Below, one piece after another: positions 27,270-36,236 of a stretch of 56,205 bases of DNA. The stretch is taken from NCBI GenBank assembly GCA_020847895.1, contig JADLBG010000642.1, forward strand, positions 1 to 56,205, in the 5' to 3' direction. Under the pieces are notes generated by a model. That model had not been told where the DNA came from. It saw only the letters and a program-made list of their open reading frames with translations, and made no database searches. The stretch's first letter is position 1. Every line of letters begins with the position of its first letter. This stretch comes from Bryobacterales bacterium. Lineage in GTDB: Bacteria; Acidobacteriota; Terriglobia; Bryobacterales; Bryobacteraceae. Made by a program: the position numbers and the translations under genes.

Positions 27270-27746
27270 ATGACTGAAAACCCCATCCTGATGACCCAGG
27301 CGCAGTACGCGCGGCACCGAAACAAGAGCCCGCAGTACATCGGCAAGTTGTACAAGGCGGGCGTCCTGGTCATGCGCGGGCGCCTGGTGGACGTCACCGC
27401 GACCGACGCCGTGCTGGACGACAAGCCCGCCGAGAAGGCCGCGCCCGAGGGCCAGCAGCCGCCGACCAGTTACGCCCAGGCGAAGCTGGCCGACATGGTG
27501 TTCCGGGCGAAACTGCGCCGCCTGGAATTCGAGACCCGGCAGGGTAAATTGATCGAAACCGCCATCGTGAAGGAGCGGTGGGCGGCGATCCTGGTCGTGC
27601 TCAAGGAGCGCATCCTGGCCGTGCCCGACAAACTGGCGCCGGAAGTAACCGCGTTTACCGACGAGCGCCAGGTCCGCGATGCCCTGAAGCGCGAGATGCA
27701 CGCCCTCCTGAAGGCGGTCCACTCCGACATCCAATATGCGCGTTGA
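27270..27746 (+). CDS. putative terminase small subunit (Nu1-like HTH)
   Basis: N-terminal HTH-like MTQAQYARHRNKSPQYIGKLYKAGVL. Sits immediately before, and overlaps, the terminase large subunit gene. Confidence 0.55.
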   Translation: MTENPILMTQAQYARHRNKSPQYIGKLYKAGVLVMRGRLVDVTATDAVLDDKPAEKAAPEGQQPPTSYAQAKLADMVFRAKLRRLEFETRQGKLIETAIVKERWAAILVVLKERILAVPDKLAPEVTAFTDERQVRDALKREMHALLKAVHSDIQYAR

Positions 27747-29544
27747 AGAAATTCAGATGCTCGTGGCGGACGTGGTCCTGCCGCCGCCCGACATCACTGT
27801 CTCGGAGTGGGCAGACGAGAACCGCCGCCTGAGTTCCGAATCCGCGGCCGAACGCGGCGAGTGGCGCACCGACCGGGCACCGTACCAGCGGGCGATCATG
27901 GACGCCTTGAGTCCGAACCACCCGTGCGAGCAGGTGGTGCTGATGAGTGGAGCGCAGTTAGGCAAGACCAGCATCCTGGAGAACTTCGTCGGCTACATCA
28001 TCGACCTGGATCCCGGCCCGGTCTTGCTGGTGCAGCCGCGCGATGCCGATTGCGAGGCGTTCTCCAAGGACCGCCTGGCGCCCATGCTGCGGGATTGCGG
28101 CACCCTGCGCGGCAAGATCGCCGACGCCCGCAGCCGCGATTCGAACAACACGATCCTGCATAAGAAGTTCACCGGCGGCAGCATCACCATGTCCGCGGCA
28201 AGTTCACCGGCCGGACTCGCCATGCGAAGCATCCGGTACTGCCTGCTGGACGAGGTGGACCGCTATCCCGCGAGTGCCGGCAGCGAAGGTGATCCGGTGA
28301 ACCTCGCCATCACCCGGACGGCGAACTTCTGGAATCGCAAGATCGTCCTGTGCTCGACGCCCACCGTGAAGGGCGCATCCCGCATCGAGTCGGCCTGGCT
28401 GGAATCGAACCAGCAGATGTACTGGGTGCCGTGCCCGCTGTGCGGCATGCATCAAGTGCTTCGTTGGATCAACGTCGAGTGGCCGGAAGGCGATCCGGAC
28501 AAGGCGCAGTACCGCTGCGAGCATTGCGGCCAGATGATCGGCGACCACCAGAAGCCGTGGATGCTGAAGCACGGCGAGTGGCGAGCCGCGAGGCCTTCCA
28601 GCGGGATTGCCGGTTTCTGGATCAGCAGCCTGTATTCGCCTTGGAGAAACTTCCGATCAATCGCGCGGAAGTTCATCGCAGACCAGAAATCGCCCGAAAC
28701 TCTTCGCGAGTTCGTAAACACGGTGCTCGCGGAGGCGTGGGACGATGAGGCGCAGACTACCGTAGACATCTTGGAACTGCTGGCCCGTCGCGAGCATTAC
28801 CGCGCGCCCGTTCCGGCTGGCGCTGCCGTACTCAGCTGCGGTGTGGACGTCCAGGCCGACCGGCTCGAGATGGAACTGGTCGGCTGGGGCCGCGGCGAGG
28901 AATCGTGGAGCATCGAGTACCGTGTGTTTCCAGGCGACCCTACAGGTGCGGCGCTATGGGCTGAGTTGGACGAGTATCTCCAGCGCCAACGTCGTCACGA
29001 GAACGGCATCATCCTGCCGATCGCGTGCTGCATCGACAGCGGCTACGAATCCCAAGCCGTCTACGACTTCTGCCGCACTCGGTATCACCGGCGCGTGTTC
29101 GCCGTGAAAGGACAAGGCGGCCCCCATCCGGTGTGGCCCAAGAAGCCGACCGCGAAGAACATCCGCGGCGAGCGTCCCTGGATCGTCGGAACCGATTCGG
29201 CGAAGGCGACAATTATGGGCCGTCTCCGGAACGCCCAGCCTGGCACGCCCGGCTATTCGCATTTTCCTGCCGACCGCCAACAGCCATACTTCGAACAACT
29301 GCTCGGCGAGGCGCTCGCAACCACGTACAGCAAAGGCCAGCCGATCCGCGAGTGGCGTCCGAAGAAAGGTGTCCGGCACGAGGCGCTCGACGCGCGTGTC
29401 TACGCGTACGCAGCGCTACGGGCACTCGTTTCCATGGGGCTGCTCCTGGACGCGGAGGCCGACCGGATCGCGGCCCAGTGCGCCCCTGTTGGCCAACAAC
29501 GCCAAGCGACGCGAGTCAGCCGCAGCGCGTGGATGGCGGGCTAA
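27736..29544 (+). CDS. terminase large subunit, GpA (lambda) family
   Basis: VSEWADENRRLS...PYQRAIMDALSP, Walker A-like MSGAQLGKTS, zinc-ribbon CPLCG...CEHCG, C-terminal nuclease region. Confidence 0.9.
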   Translation: MRVEEIQMLVADVVLPPPDITVSEWADENRRLSSESAAERGEWRTDRAPYQRAIMDALSPNHPCEQVVLMSGAQLGKTSILENFVGYIIDLDPGPVLLVQPRDADCEAFSKDRLAPMLRDCGTLRGKIADARSRDSNNTILHKKFTGGSITMSAASSPAGLAMRSIRYCLLDEVDRYPASAGSEGDPVNLAITRTANFWNRKIVLCSTPTVKGASRIESAWLESNQQMYWVPCPLCGMHQVLRWINVEWPEGDPDKAQYRCEHCGQMIGDHQKPWMLKHGEWRAARPSSGIAGFWISSLYSPWRNFRSIARKFIADQKSPETLREFVNTVLAEAWDDEAQTTVDILELLARREHYRAPVPAGAAVLSCGVDVQADRLEMELVGWGRGEESWSIEYRVFPGDPTGAALWAELDEYLQRQRRHENGIILPIACCIDSGYESQAVYDFCRTRYHRRVFAVKGQGGPHPVWPKKPTAKNIRGERPWIVGTDSAKATIMGRLRNAQPGTPGYSHFPADRQQPYFEQLLGEALATTYSKGQPIREWRPKKGVRHEALDARVYAYAALRALVSMGLLLDAEADRIAAQCAPVGQQRQATRVSRSAWMAG

Positions 29545-29579
29545 GCGCACTTCGACGCCGCTCATCCTATGGCACGCGC

Positions 29580-30443
29580 TTACCTACCTGGCTCAATGCT
29601 TGTCCCGTTCAAACTGCGCAGGAACGCGATAAGAGCTTGCTTTTCGACAGCAGTAAGGCGCAGCGGACGAATCTCAGCATCGAGCCCTGGACTATGATTA
29701 CCGCCGCGATCGTAATACTCGATCACCTCTTCCAGTGTTGCGAGACTGCCGTCATGCATGTAGGGCACAGTGCGGGCGATCTCACGGAGCGTCGGCGTCT
29801 TGAAGTTACCCTGACCTGCCCCGGCGTCAGTGAACCGGCCGTCGCGCCAGGCGACGCCCGTGTTGTGTAAACGCTCATCGGTGAAATTGGGGCCGACATG
29901 GCACGCGCTGCAGTTGGCTTTGCCGCGGAACAGTTTAAGTCCGGCTTGCTGTTCGGCGGTGAGTGCGCCGCGGTCGCCGTTGATGTAGCGGTCGAAGGGC
30001 GAATCGCCGGCGAGGATGGATCGGACGAAGCTCGACAACGCGCGAGCGATTTGGTCGGGCGCTAGCCCTATGCGCGCCGCGGCTTCGGCGAGCAGCAGAT
30101 CCATTTCGTTGGGGTCTTCGATAGGTTTCAGTACTTGCTCTTCGAGCGATGCGGATCGCCCGTCCCAGAAGAAGAGTCGGCCATAGGCGCGATTGATCAG
30201 CGCGGGCGAATTCCGGCGCCCGATGCGACCGAAAACACCGATCGCGATTGCGCGACCGTCCGAGAAGGCGCGCTCGGGATGATGGCAGGAAGAGCAGGAG
30301 GTGGAGCCGTCGCGGGAAAGGCGGCTGTCGAAGAATAACCGCCGCCCTTGCTCGATCTTCTCGGCGGTGAGTGGGTTGTCCTCCGGGACCGGAAGGTAGA
30401 GGTCCAGTCCCAGAGGAATTGTGATAGCCAGTAGCAGCAGCAT
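29580..30443 (-). CDS. di-haem cytochrome c peroxidase (CCP/MauG family)
   Basis: CSSCHHPERAFSDG and CSACHVGPNFTDE haem motifs; PYMHDGSLATLEEVIEYY. TAATG coupling to the upstream gene. Confidence 0.9.
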   Translation of the reverse strand: MLLLLAITIPLGLDLYLPVPEDNPLTAEKIEQGRRLFFDSRLSRDGSTSCSSCHHPERAFSDGRAIAIGVFGRIGRRNSPALINRAYGRLFFWDGRSASLEEQVLKPIEDPNEMDLLLAEAAARIGLAPDQIARALSSFVRSILAGDSPFDRYINGDRGALTAEQQAGLKLFRGKANCSACHVGPNFTDERLHNTGVAWRDGRFTDAGAGQGNFKTPTLREIARTVPYMHDGSLATLEEVIEYYDRGGNHSPGLDAEIRPLRLTAVEKQALIAFLRSLNGTSIEPGR

Positions 30444-32551
30444 TACTTGCTCGCTTTGAGCGTAGGTAGAAAATTCTCCAGCACCCAGATTTCAGGGGGC
30501 TTCTGTGGCCCGCTTATCTCGAAGGCGATTTGCTGCCCATCGGGATGTAAGCGGATTTGCGGAATTCTCCTTCCGATTCCCAGATCTAGATCGAGCTTGC
30601 GTTGCTTGCCGTCGAGGGAAACCAACCATGTCTCGCTTTGCCTGCCCGCGGGCGAAGACTTCCTAAGCAGTACGGAGCGGCTATCCGGCGTCCAGCCGGC
30701 GACGCCGACCAGTTGGCCGGTGAAACCCGTGAGGTTGGTCGGCTCATCGACGCGCATTAGTTCTCTAGGCTCGCCACCTGACACCGGGATCATTACTGCT
30801 GCCGCGGACTTCGTTGACTCATCCGTAATCCCAGCAGCGATATTACGACCGTCCGGCGACAAACGGACGGAGCCGATGAACCGGTTTAGGAACAGTTCTT
30901 TTTCATGTCCGGACGCCAGATCCCGTTCGACCACCGCAGTTTCGCGGGCGCCAGGAGGGTGACTGCGATAGTACAGTTTCTTTCCGTCGGGTGAGGATGC
31001 TAAATGGTGCGGCCCATCGTTCCCCTCCCTTGGCACAATGACCGTAGTCTGTCCAGTTTGGGCATCGACCCGGAAGATTCCGTGCCGACCCTTGGCATCT
31101 AACCCACCGACCAACAAGGACCGGCCGTCCGGCGCCCATACAAGCCCTTGAAAGAAAACGAAACTTGGTGACGGCGTCAGTTCGCGAATCTGGCCCGTTT
31201 CGACCGAACGAATCCCGAGAACGAAGTACCGCGATCCAACAGTACCGCGAAGCGAGGCATATGCGAGGTACCTCCCGTCCGGTGACCAATCGGGAGATTC
31301 GTTGGCTCCAACAAAGGTCTGTATTGGCGCAACTGGTTTTGATAGAAACTTGCCGGCCGTGAAATCGAAGCTGGCGACACGGATCTCCGGACCGCCTCCG
31401 GAATTCCATATGGCGGAGTAGAGGGCGCCAGAAGTTGTCACACCCATGAATTCATGCCGCCCAATCTCAGGCTTCAGTAGTTCGGGCGTTCCCTGGGGTC
31501 TTCCGTCGAAAGCCAGGGCCCAAAGGCCCGTAGTACCACTGCGATCGCTGGCAAAAAGCAATCGCTTCCCATCCGGCGACCAGCCGACAAGTACATCCTG
31601 ACTCGGATGAACTACGGCTGGGATTTCCCCGCTACCGTCGACCGCCAGAAGGAATATGTCTCGCTGCTCTGTGGTATCACTGGCAGGAAGATCAAAGGCC
31701 AAGTATCTTCCATCCGACGAGAAGAAGACCCTGGTTGGTCCGCGCCAGTCTACAGATTTCAGGACTCGCAGTGAACCATCCTGAATGGCAATCAACCCGA
31801 TTTGTGTACTGCGGTCCCTTCGGTGTAACTGGACAGCCACCCATTTGCCATCGGGAGACCAATCGTCCGGAGAAATATAACTCACATCCTCGTTGTCGAA
31901 CAACCGCCGGAATTCCGGGATGCCCGCACCCTGCACTCCAACGATACGAAGTTCGTAGCGATTCTTACCGTTGAGCCATGCGTACGCCAGTTGTTTGCCA
32001 TCTCGGGAGAAAGCCGACCCCTCTGCAAATTCGTCCCTACTCGCCGTGTTGGTAAGGCGGCGATCGGCGCCGGTGGCAAGATCGTGCACGAACAGGTCGC
32101 CATTCTCATCCCAATTCACGTACGGGACCAAGCGGCCATCCCGTGAAACTGCGCCATATATACCTCGACGGGCAGGCGCTGTCCAAACCTGCCGCGCGGC
32201 CATGCCGTTAGGATGTCCCGCGGCCTCACTACGGCCCAACCGCACGCGAGCCGTCGCCACTGCTTCCTTTTGGTCTGCGTATTCCCGGACCACTCGTTCA
32301 TAGACCTTACGCGACTCGGCGTTGCCCAACTTCTGATAGCACTCCGCCATGTGCACCAGCGCGGTCGCCGCCACACTACGGTCCGTCTTCGCATACTTTG
32401 CGGCAATCTCGCCGTACTGTTTGATCGCCGTCTTCAAGTCGCCGTTCACCAGTTCGGCGTTCATCGCCGCCTTAAGCTGGCGCTCGGCTTCATTGCTCTG
32501 TGCCCCGGCCGCGAGAATCGCGGCCAATGTTCCAATCAGGATTGACTTCAT
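30443..32551 (-). CDS. secreted TPR + PD40/TolB-like beta-propeller repeat protein
   Basis: Signal peptide, N-terminal TPR-like helices, then at least 9 SPDG/SRDG-type PD40 repeats (SPDGKWVA, SSDGRYLAF, SPDGKRLLF and others). Confidence 0.85.
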   Translation of the reverse strand: MKSILIGTLAAILAAGAQSNEAERQLKAAMNAELVNGDLKTAIKQYGEIAAKYAKTDRSVAATALVHMAECYQKLGNAESRKVYERVVREYADQKEAVATARVRLGRSEAAGHPNGMAARQVWTAPARRGIYGAVSRDGRLVPYVNWDENGDLFVHDLATGADRRLTNTASRDEFAEGSAFSRDGKQLAYAWLNGKNRYELRIVGVQGAGIPEFRRLFDNEDVSYISPDDWSPDGKWVAVQLHRRDRSTQIGLIAIQDGSLRVLKSVDWRGPTRVFFSSDGRYLAFDLPASDTTEQRDIFLLAVDGSGEIPAVVHPSQDVLVGWSPDGKRLLFASDRSGTTGLWALAFDGRPQGTPELLKPEIGRHEFMGVTTSGALYSAIWNSGGGPEIRVASFDFTAGKFLSKPVAPIQTFVGANESPDWSPDGRYLAYASLRGTVGSRYFVLGIRSVETGQIRELTPSPSFVFFQGLVWAPDGRSLLVGGLDAKGRHGIFRVDAQTGQTTVIVPREGNDGPHHLASSPDGKKLYYRSHPPGARETAVVERDLASGHEKELFLNRFIGSVRLSPDGRNIAAGITDESTKSAAAVMIPVSGGEPRELMRVDEPTNLTGFTGQLVGVAGWTPDSRSVLLRKSSPAGRQSETWLVSLDGKQRKLDLDLGIGRRIPQIRLHPDGQQIAFEISGPQKPPEIWVLENFLPTLKASK

Positions 32552-32609
32552 CGCATCACCTCCAGCGTCAAGACTAGACGCCGGATTTCAGAAACGCTCC
32601 ATGAAACCG

Positions 32610-33308
32610 TCATGATTGCGTCACGGCGTCGGGGTCGAACCGGTACCCAATCCCCCGCACGCTCCTCAAATACCGCGGCGTCTCCGGCGATGGCTCGATC
32701 TTCTTCCGCAGGTTCGTAATCTGGTTATCCACAACGCGCTCCGTTATGGCGGTCTCCTTGCCCCACACTTCATCGATCAGCACGCGCCGCGTCAGCACAC
32801 GGCCCGCGCGCCGCGCCATCAGCCCCAGAAGTTTGAACTCCAGCGGAGTGGTGGGGACCACTCTTCCCGCGCGGCGCAGCTCTCCACGGCTGAAGTCCAC
32901 TTCGCAATCGCCGAAATTGATCGTCGTCGGTTCGCCCGATTCCCGTGTCGTCCGCCGCAATAATGCCCGAATGCGCGCGCGAAGCTCCTTGGGGCTATAG
33001 GGCTTCGTCATGTAGTCGTCGGCCCCGAGATCGAGTCCAAGCACTTTTTCAGTTTCTGCCGTACGTGCGGTCAACAGCAGGATCATAGACGCGATGCCAG
33101 TGCGGCGCAGTTCGCGGCACACGTCGAAGCCGTCTTTCTTCGGCAGCATCACATCCAGCACAATCAAGTCGAAGGCCGCCTCGCGCGCGCGTTTCGTCGC
33201 CGACTCGCCATCCCGCACCACCTCCACGTCATGACCTTCCAGACGCAGATCGTCCTCGAGCGCGATCGCGATCGCCACATCGTCTTCAACAATCAGAATC
33301 CTGGGCAT
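32610..33308 (-). CDS. OmpR-family response regulator
   Basis: ILIVEDD...DLIVLDVMLP...LLLTA receiver plus winged-helix (VRGIGYRF). Confidence 0.95.
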   Translation of the reverse strand: MPRILIVEDDVAIAIALEDDLRLEGHDVEVVRDGESATKRAREAAFDLIVLDVMLPKKDGFDVCRELRRTGIASMILLLTARTAETEKVLGLDLGADDYMTKPYSPKELRARIRALLRRTTRESGEPTTINFGDCEVDFSRGELRRAGRVVPTTPLEFKLLGLMARRAGRVLTRRVLIDEVWGKETAITERVVDNQITNLRKKIEPSPETPRYLRSVRGIGYRFDPDAVTQS

Positions 33309-35083
33309 GGGAGAACCAGAGTAAAAGTGCTGCCATGACCTGGCGCGCTATCCAGCCGCACCGAGCCGCCGTGCGCCTCGACGATCCGCTTCACCAGAGC
33401 CAGGCCTATGCCGACGCCGCGCACACCCGCCTGCTTCGCGTCTGCACCGCGCACGAATTTCTGAAAGATACGTTCCCGATCGCCAAGCGGGATGCCGGCA
33501 CCCTCATCTTCCACTGCCAACAGAATCGTGGTGCCTTGGCGCCGCGCATCCACGCGGATCGGGCTGCCCGCTGGCGAGTACTTGGCGGCATTCTCCAGCA
33601 GGTTCCATAGCGCGCGCGATAGGGCCTCGCGGTCCGCTTGGATTGGCGGAAGACCCTCCTCTACTTGGCACGACACCACGCGATCCCGTGCTTCCGGCGT
33701 GCGCCGGAACTCCTCCACGAGGCCCTGAACGAATTGGGTGGTGTCGGCGCGTTCCAGATGCCACGCGTAGGCCCCCACTTCAATGCGGCCAAAGCTCAGC
33801 AGGCTTTCCACCATCCGATGCAGCCTCTCGGTCTCGTTCGCCAGCAGCTCGTAGTATTGCGTCTTGCGTTCCTCGCTGGTGATGCTGCCCGACACCAACA
33901 GGTCGGTCAGGTGGCGCATGGAGGTCAGCGGCGTTCGGAACTCGTGGGAGACCGCGGAGACGAAATCGGATTGCCGCCGCGCCAGCAGGATCTCGCGCGT
34001 CGTCGCGCGATACAGTCCATACCCGGCGGCCAGCATTGCCAGAAACGCCAACGCCAACCCGCTGACCAGAACCACGCGACCGCCTCCGCGCTCCGGTGCC
34101 AGCGAGGCCACTCTCACGATAAATGGCAGGCGGGTTTCACCGGGAGTGAGGGACACCGCTCCCGGACGCGATTCGCCGAAGATCGGCTGGCCATCGGTGT
34201 CGTAGAGAGCGAGGGCCAGTTGCTGGTTGACCCACAATGGGCGAAGGGATGCCTCAAATTCCCCCACGGCTGCTATCCACGCCGTCGGGTTATGCGGCCC
34301 CCCATCCCAGACAGCCAGCACGGCCGCATCTGCCTCGCGGAGAATGCGCCGGCCCCGCGGTGCGAGCTGACCGCCGTTCCAGGCGCGCCTTAGCTCGATC
34401 GCCGCTTCCACGCGCGCGATTGCGTTACGGGATGGCGGCCCCGCGCCCCAGCCCCGTACCATCTCACGATAGAGATCAAACGTCGCTCGGTCGATCGGCC
34501 AGCGACTCGAGTCGAGAGCCTGCGCCAGCTTGACAGCTTCGGTTCGCAGCCCTTCAACATCGCGCGCCTCCTCCAGAACTCGACAGCGTCCTTGCCAGCC
34601 CACGAGACCCGCTGGTTGTCCGCCTACGGTTGCGGAGCCGAGTTGCTCCAGGCTCGAGTAGACCTGAAGCGCTCCCGGCCGGTCCCCGAGCTGACGCAGC
34701 ACGCGGCCCAGCCGCACCAGGGCGGCGGCGCGAACCGGCGGCTTCGGCGATTTAGCCAGGCCTCGATAGGCGGCCGCAGCACCATTCAGATCGCGGCGTT
34801 GATATTCCGCCGCTTCCGCCTCCGCGAACAGAGAGCCAGACGCTTCTTCTTCGGACACCGGAGCCAGCGCAATGCCCCTACCTTTGCCGAGTTGGTCTTC
34901 GATTTCCTGCAACTTCCGCTCGATCTCCAGCGCCAGACGACCGGCACTAACCTCGAGAGCTTCCCGGCGCCGCTGGCGCTCCACGTCGCGATCCTGTTGG
35001 ACGATGCGCATTGCCAGCCAGCTCAGCCCGCCGATGGGAATCACCGTCGCCACCGCGAGCAGGAGAGGGATCTTCTGCGTCAT
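33293..35083 (-). CDS. sensor histidine kinase (HisKA + HATPase_c) with a large periplasmic domain
   Basis: H-box FVSAVSHEFRTPL, N-box NLLENAAKYS, G-boxes DEGAGIP / GVGIGLALV. Two TM segments. Confidence 0.9.
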   Translation of the reverse strand: MTQKIPLLLAVATVIPIGGLSWLAMRIVQQDRDVERQRRREALEVSAGRLALEIERKLQEIEDQLGKGRGIALAPVSEEEASGSLFAEAEAAEYQRRDLNGAAAAYRGLAKSPKPPVRAAALVRLGRVLRQLGDRPGALQVYSSLEQLGSATVGGQPAGLVGWQGRCRVLEEARDVEGLRTEAVKLAQALDSSRWPIDRATFDLYREMVRGWGAGPPSRNAIARVEAAIELRRAWNGGQLAPRGRRILREADAAVLAVWDGGPHNPTAWIAAVGEFEASLRPLWVNQQLALALYDTDGQPIFGESRPGAVSLTPGETRLPFIVRVASLAPERGGGRVVLVSGLALAFLAMLAAGYGLYRATTREILLARRQSDFVSAVSHEFRTPLTSMRHLTDLLVSGSITSEERKTQYYELLANETERLHRMVESLLSFGRIEVGAYAWHLERADTTQFVQGLVEEFRRTPEARDRVVSCQVEEGLPPIQADREALSRALWNLLENAAKYSPAGSPIRVDARRQGTTILLAVEDEGAGIPLGDRERIFQKFVRGADAKQAGVRGVGIGLALVKRIVEAHGGSVRLDSAPGHGSTFTLVLPCPGF

Positions 35084-35214
35084 CTCTTTAATTCTAAAAG
35101 CGCTGGTCCATCACTGGGTCATGGCCGTGTCACGAAATCGTCACGACAAAGTTCTTCCGGCTGGCACCGGACCGATCCCAGTTCGTCGTCAAGAAGAGGG
35201 GGTTGACGCTGGAT

Positions 35215-35240
35215 TATCAAGTAGCATATGCTACTTGATA
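35215..35240. promoter_or_regulatory. perfect 26-bp palindrome (candidate operator) between the HK gene and the HTH gene
   Basis: TATCAAGTAGCATATGCTACTTGATA reads identically on both strands. A TTGACG box at 35203-35208 lies just upstream. Confidence 0.6.
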
Positions 35241-35256
35241 TGACGAAAGGCCCGAC

Positions 35257-35805
35257 ATGGTGATCGACCAGAACAATCCTCAGTTCGTGAATTCCGACGT
35301 CATGCGCGCCACTGGCCTCACCATGGCGACCATCCAGACGTGGGTCAACCGGGGCCTCATCACGCCGGCGTCGGAGAAGAATCCTGGCCACGGGCAGCGG
35401 CGGTTCTACTCGTTGAAGAACATCATCTGGCTCACCGTCATGGCCCGCGTTACGGAGTGGGGCTTGCCCGTGTCGCTGGCCGCCGAGATCGCCGACGGCT
35501 TCGAAAGGATGTTTCAGGCGGACGTGCTGGACACGGCGAAGTGGCTCATGAACGAGCGCACGGGCGAGTTCCCGGAGTACGAGTCCTTTTGGGTGGCTAT
35601 CGGAAAAGACAAAGACGGCAAGTTCTATACGACGCAGCGGCCGTGGACAATCCGCAAGAAGGACGGCACTGCAGAGCAGAAGGCAAAGATGCGGGCGCAC
35701 AAGGGCGAGACCATCATGTTGATCATCGACCTCATGGGTGTGATCCACCCAGTTCTGCTCGAAGTGGAGCGCCTGCTTCAGGATCAGTCCGCTCAGTCGG
35801 AGTAA
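35257..35805 (+). CDS. MerR-like HTH protein
   Basis: N-terminus VMRATGLTMATIQTWVNRGLITP resembles a MerR-type HTH. The remainder is unrecognised. Confidence 0.45.
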   Translation: MVIDQNNPQFVNSDVMRATGLTMATIQTWVNRGLITPASEKNPGHGQRRFYSLKNIIWLTVMARVTEWGLPVSLAAEIADGFERMFQADVLDTAKWLMNERTGEFPEYESFWVAIGKDKDGKFYTTQRPWTIRKKDGTAEQKAKMRAHKGETIMLIIDLMGVIHPVLLEVERLLQDQSAQSE

Positions 35806-35855
35806 GCCCAAGTCCCGCGGGCAAAGCCGGGCCCACCCACAGGAGAAGTGTGTCC

Positions 35856-36230
35856 ATGCAATTCACCGGAGAACAACTGGAGAGCATTCTGCGGAAGCAG
35901 GTGGGCGCGGTCGAAGTCGTGGACTTCTCGGGACGGGTGCGTCTATCCGTTTCAGGAGCCGAAGTCGCAACCAGGATCATCCTCACCGGCTATGTCGGCG
36001 TCGGTAACCACAGCCGTATCCGGTACGTGAAGCCCGAAGGCGTCCGCTACCGGCCCGAGGAGTTCGCCTCGAAGCGCCAGGTGGAGGCTGATTTCCGCGA
36101 TGCTGCAGAAGTCCCGCGCGACGCCCAGATGAACCCTGTCGCCAAGGGCGCCAAGACCTGGCACCCGCAGCCGGCGCGTTCGAAGACCGGCCATGGCGGT
36201 TCGGTGGTCACGGTCTTCGTCAAGAGGTGA
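35856..36230 (+). CDS. hypothetical protein upstream of the portal gene
   Basis: ATG 35856 preceded by AGGAG. It is the 3' part of the long 35340 ORF; the upstream part overlaps the previous gene. Confidence 0.45.
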   Translation: MQFTGEQLESILRKQVGAVEVVDFSGRVRLSVSGAEVATRIILTGYVGVGNHSRIRYVKPEGVRYRPEEFASKRQVEADFRDAAEVPRDAQMNPVAKGAKTWHPQPARSKTGHGGSVVTVFVKR

Positions 36231-36236
36231 ATTGCG

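Noticed and set aside
35340-36230. 296-aa ORF as one gene.
   Set aside because: Its first two thirds overlap the 35257 HTH gene in another frame and are Arg/Gly-rich. Only the part from ATG 35856, which has an SD sequence, is retained.
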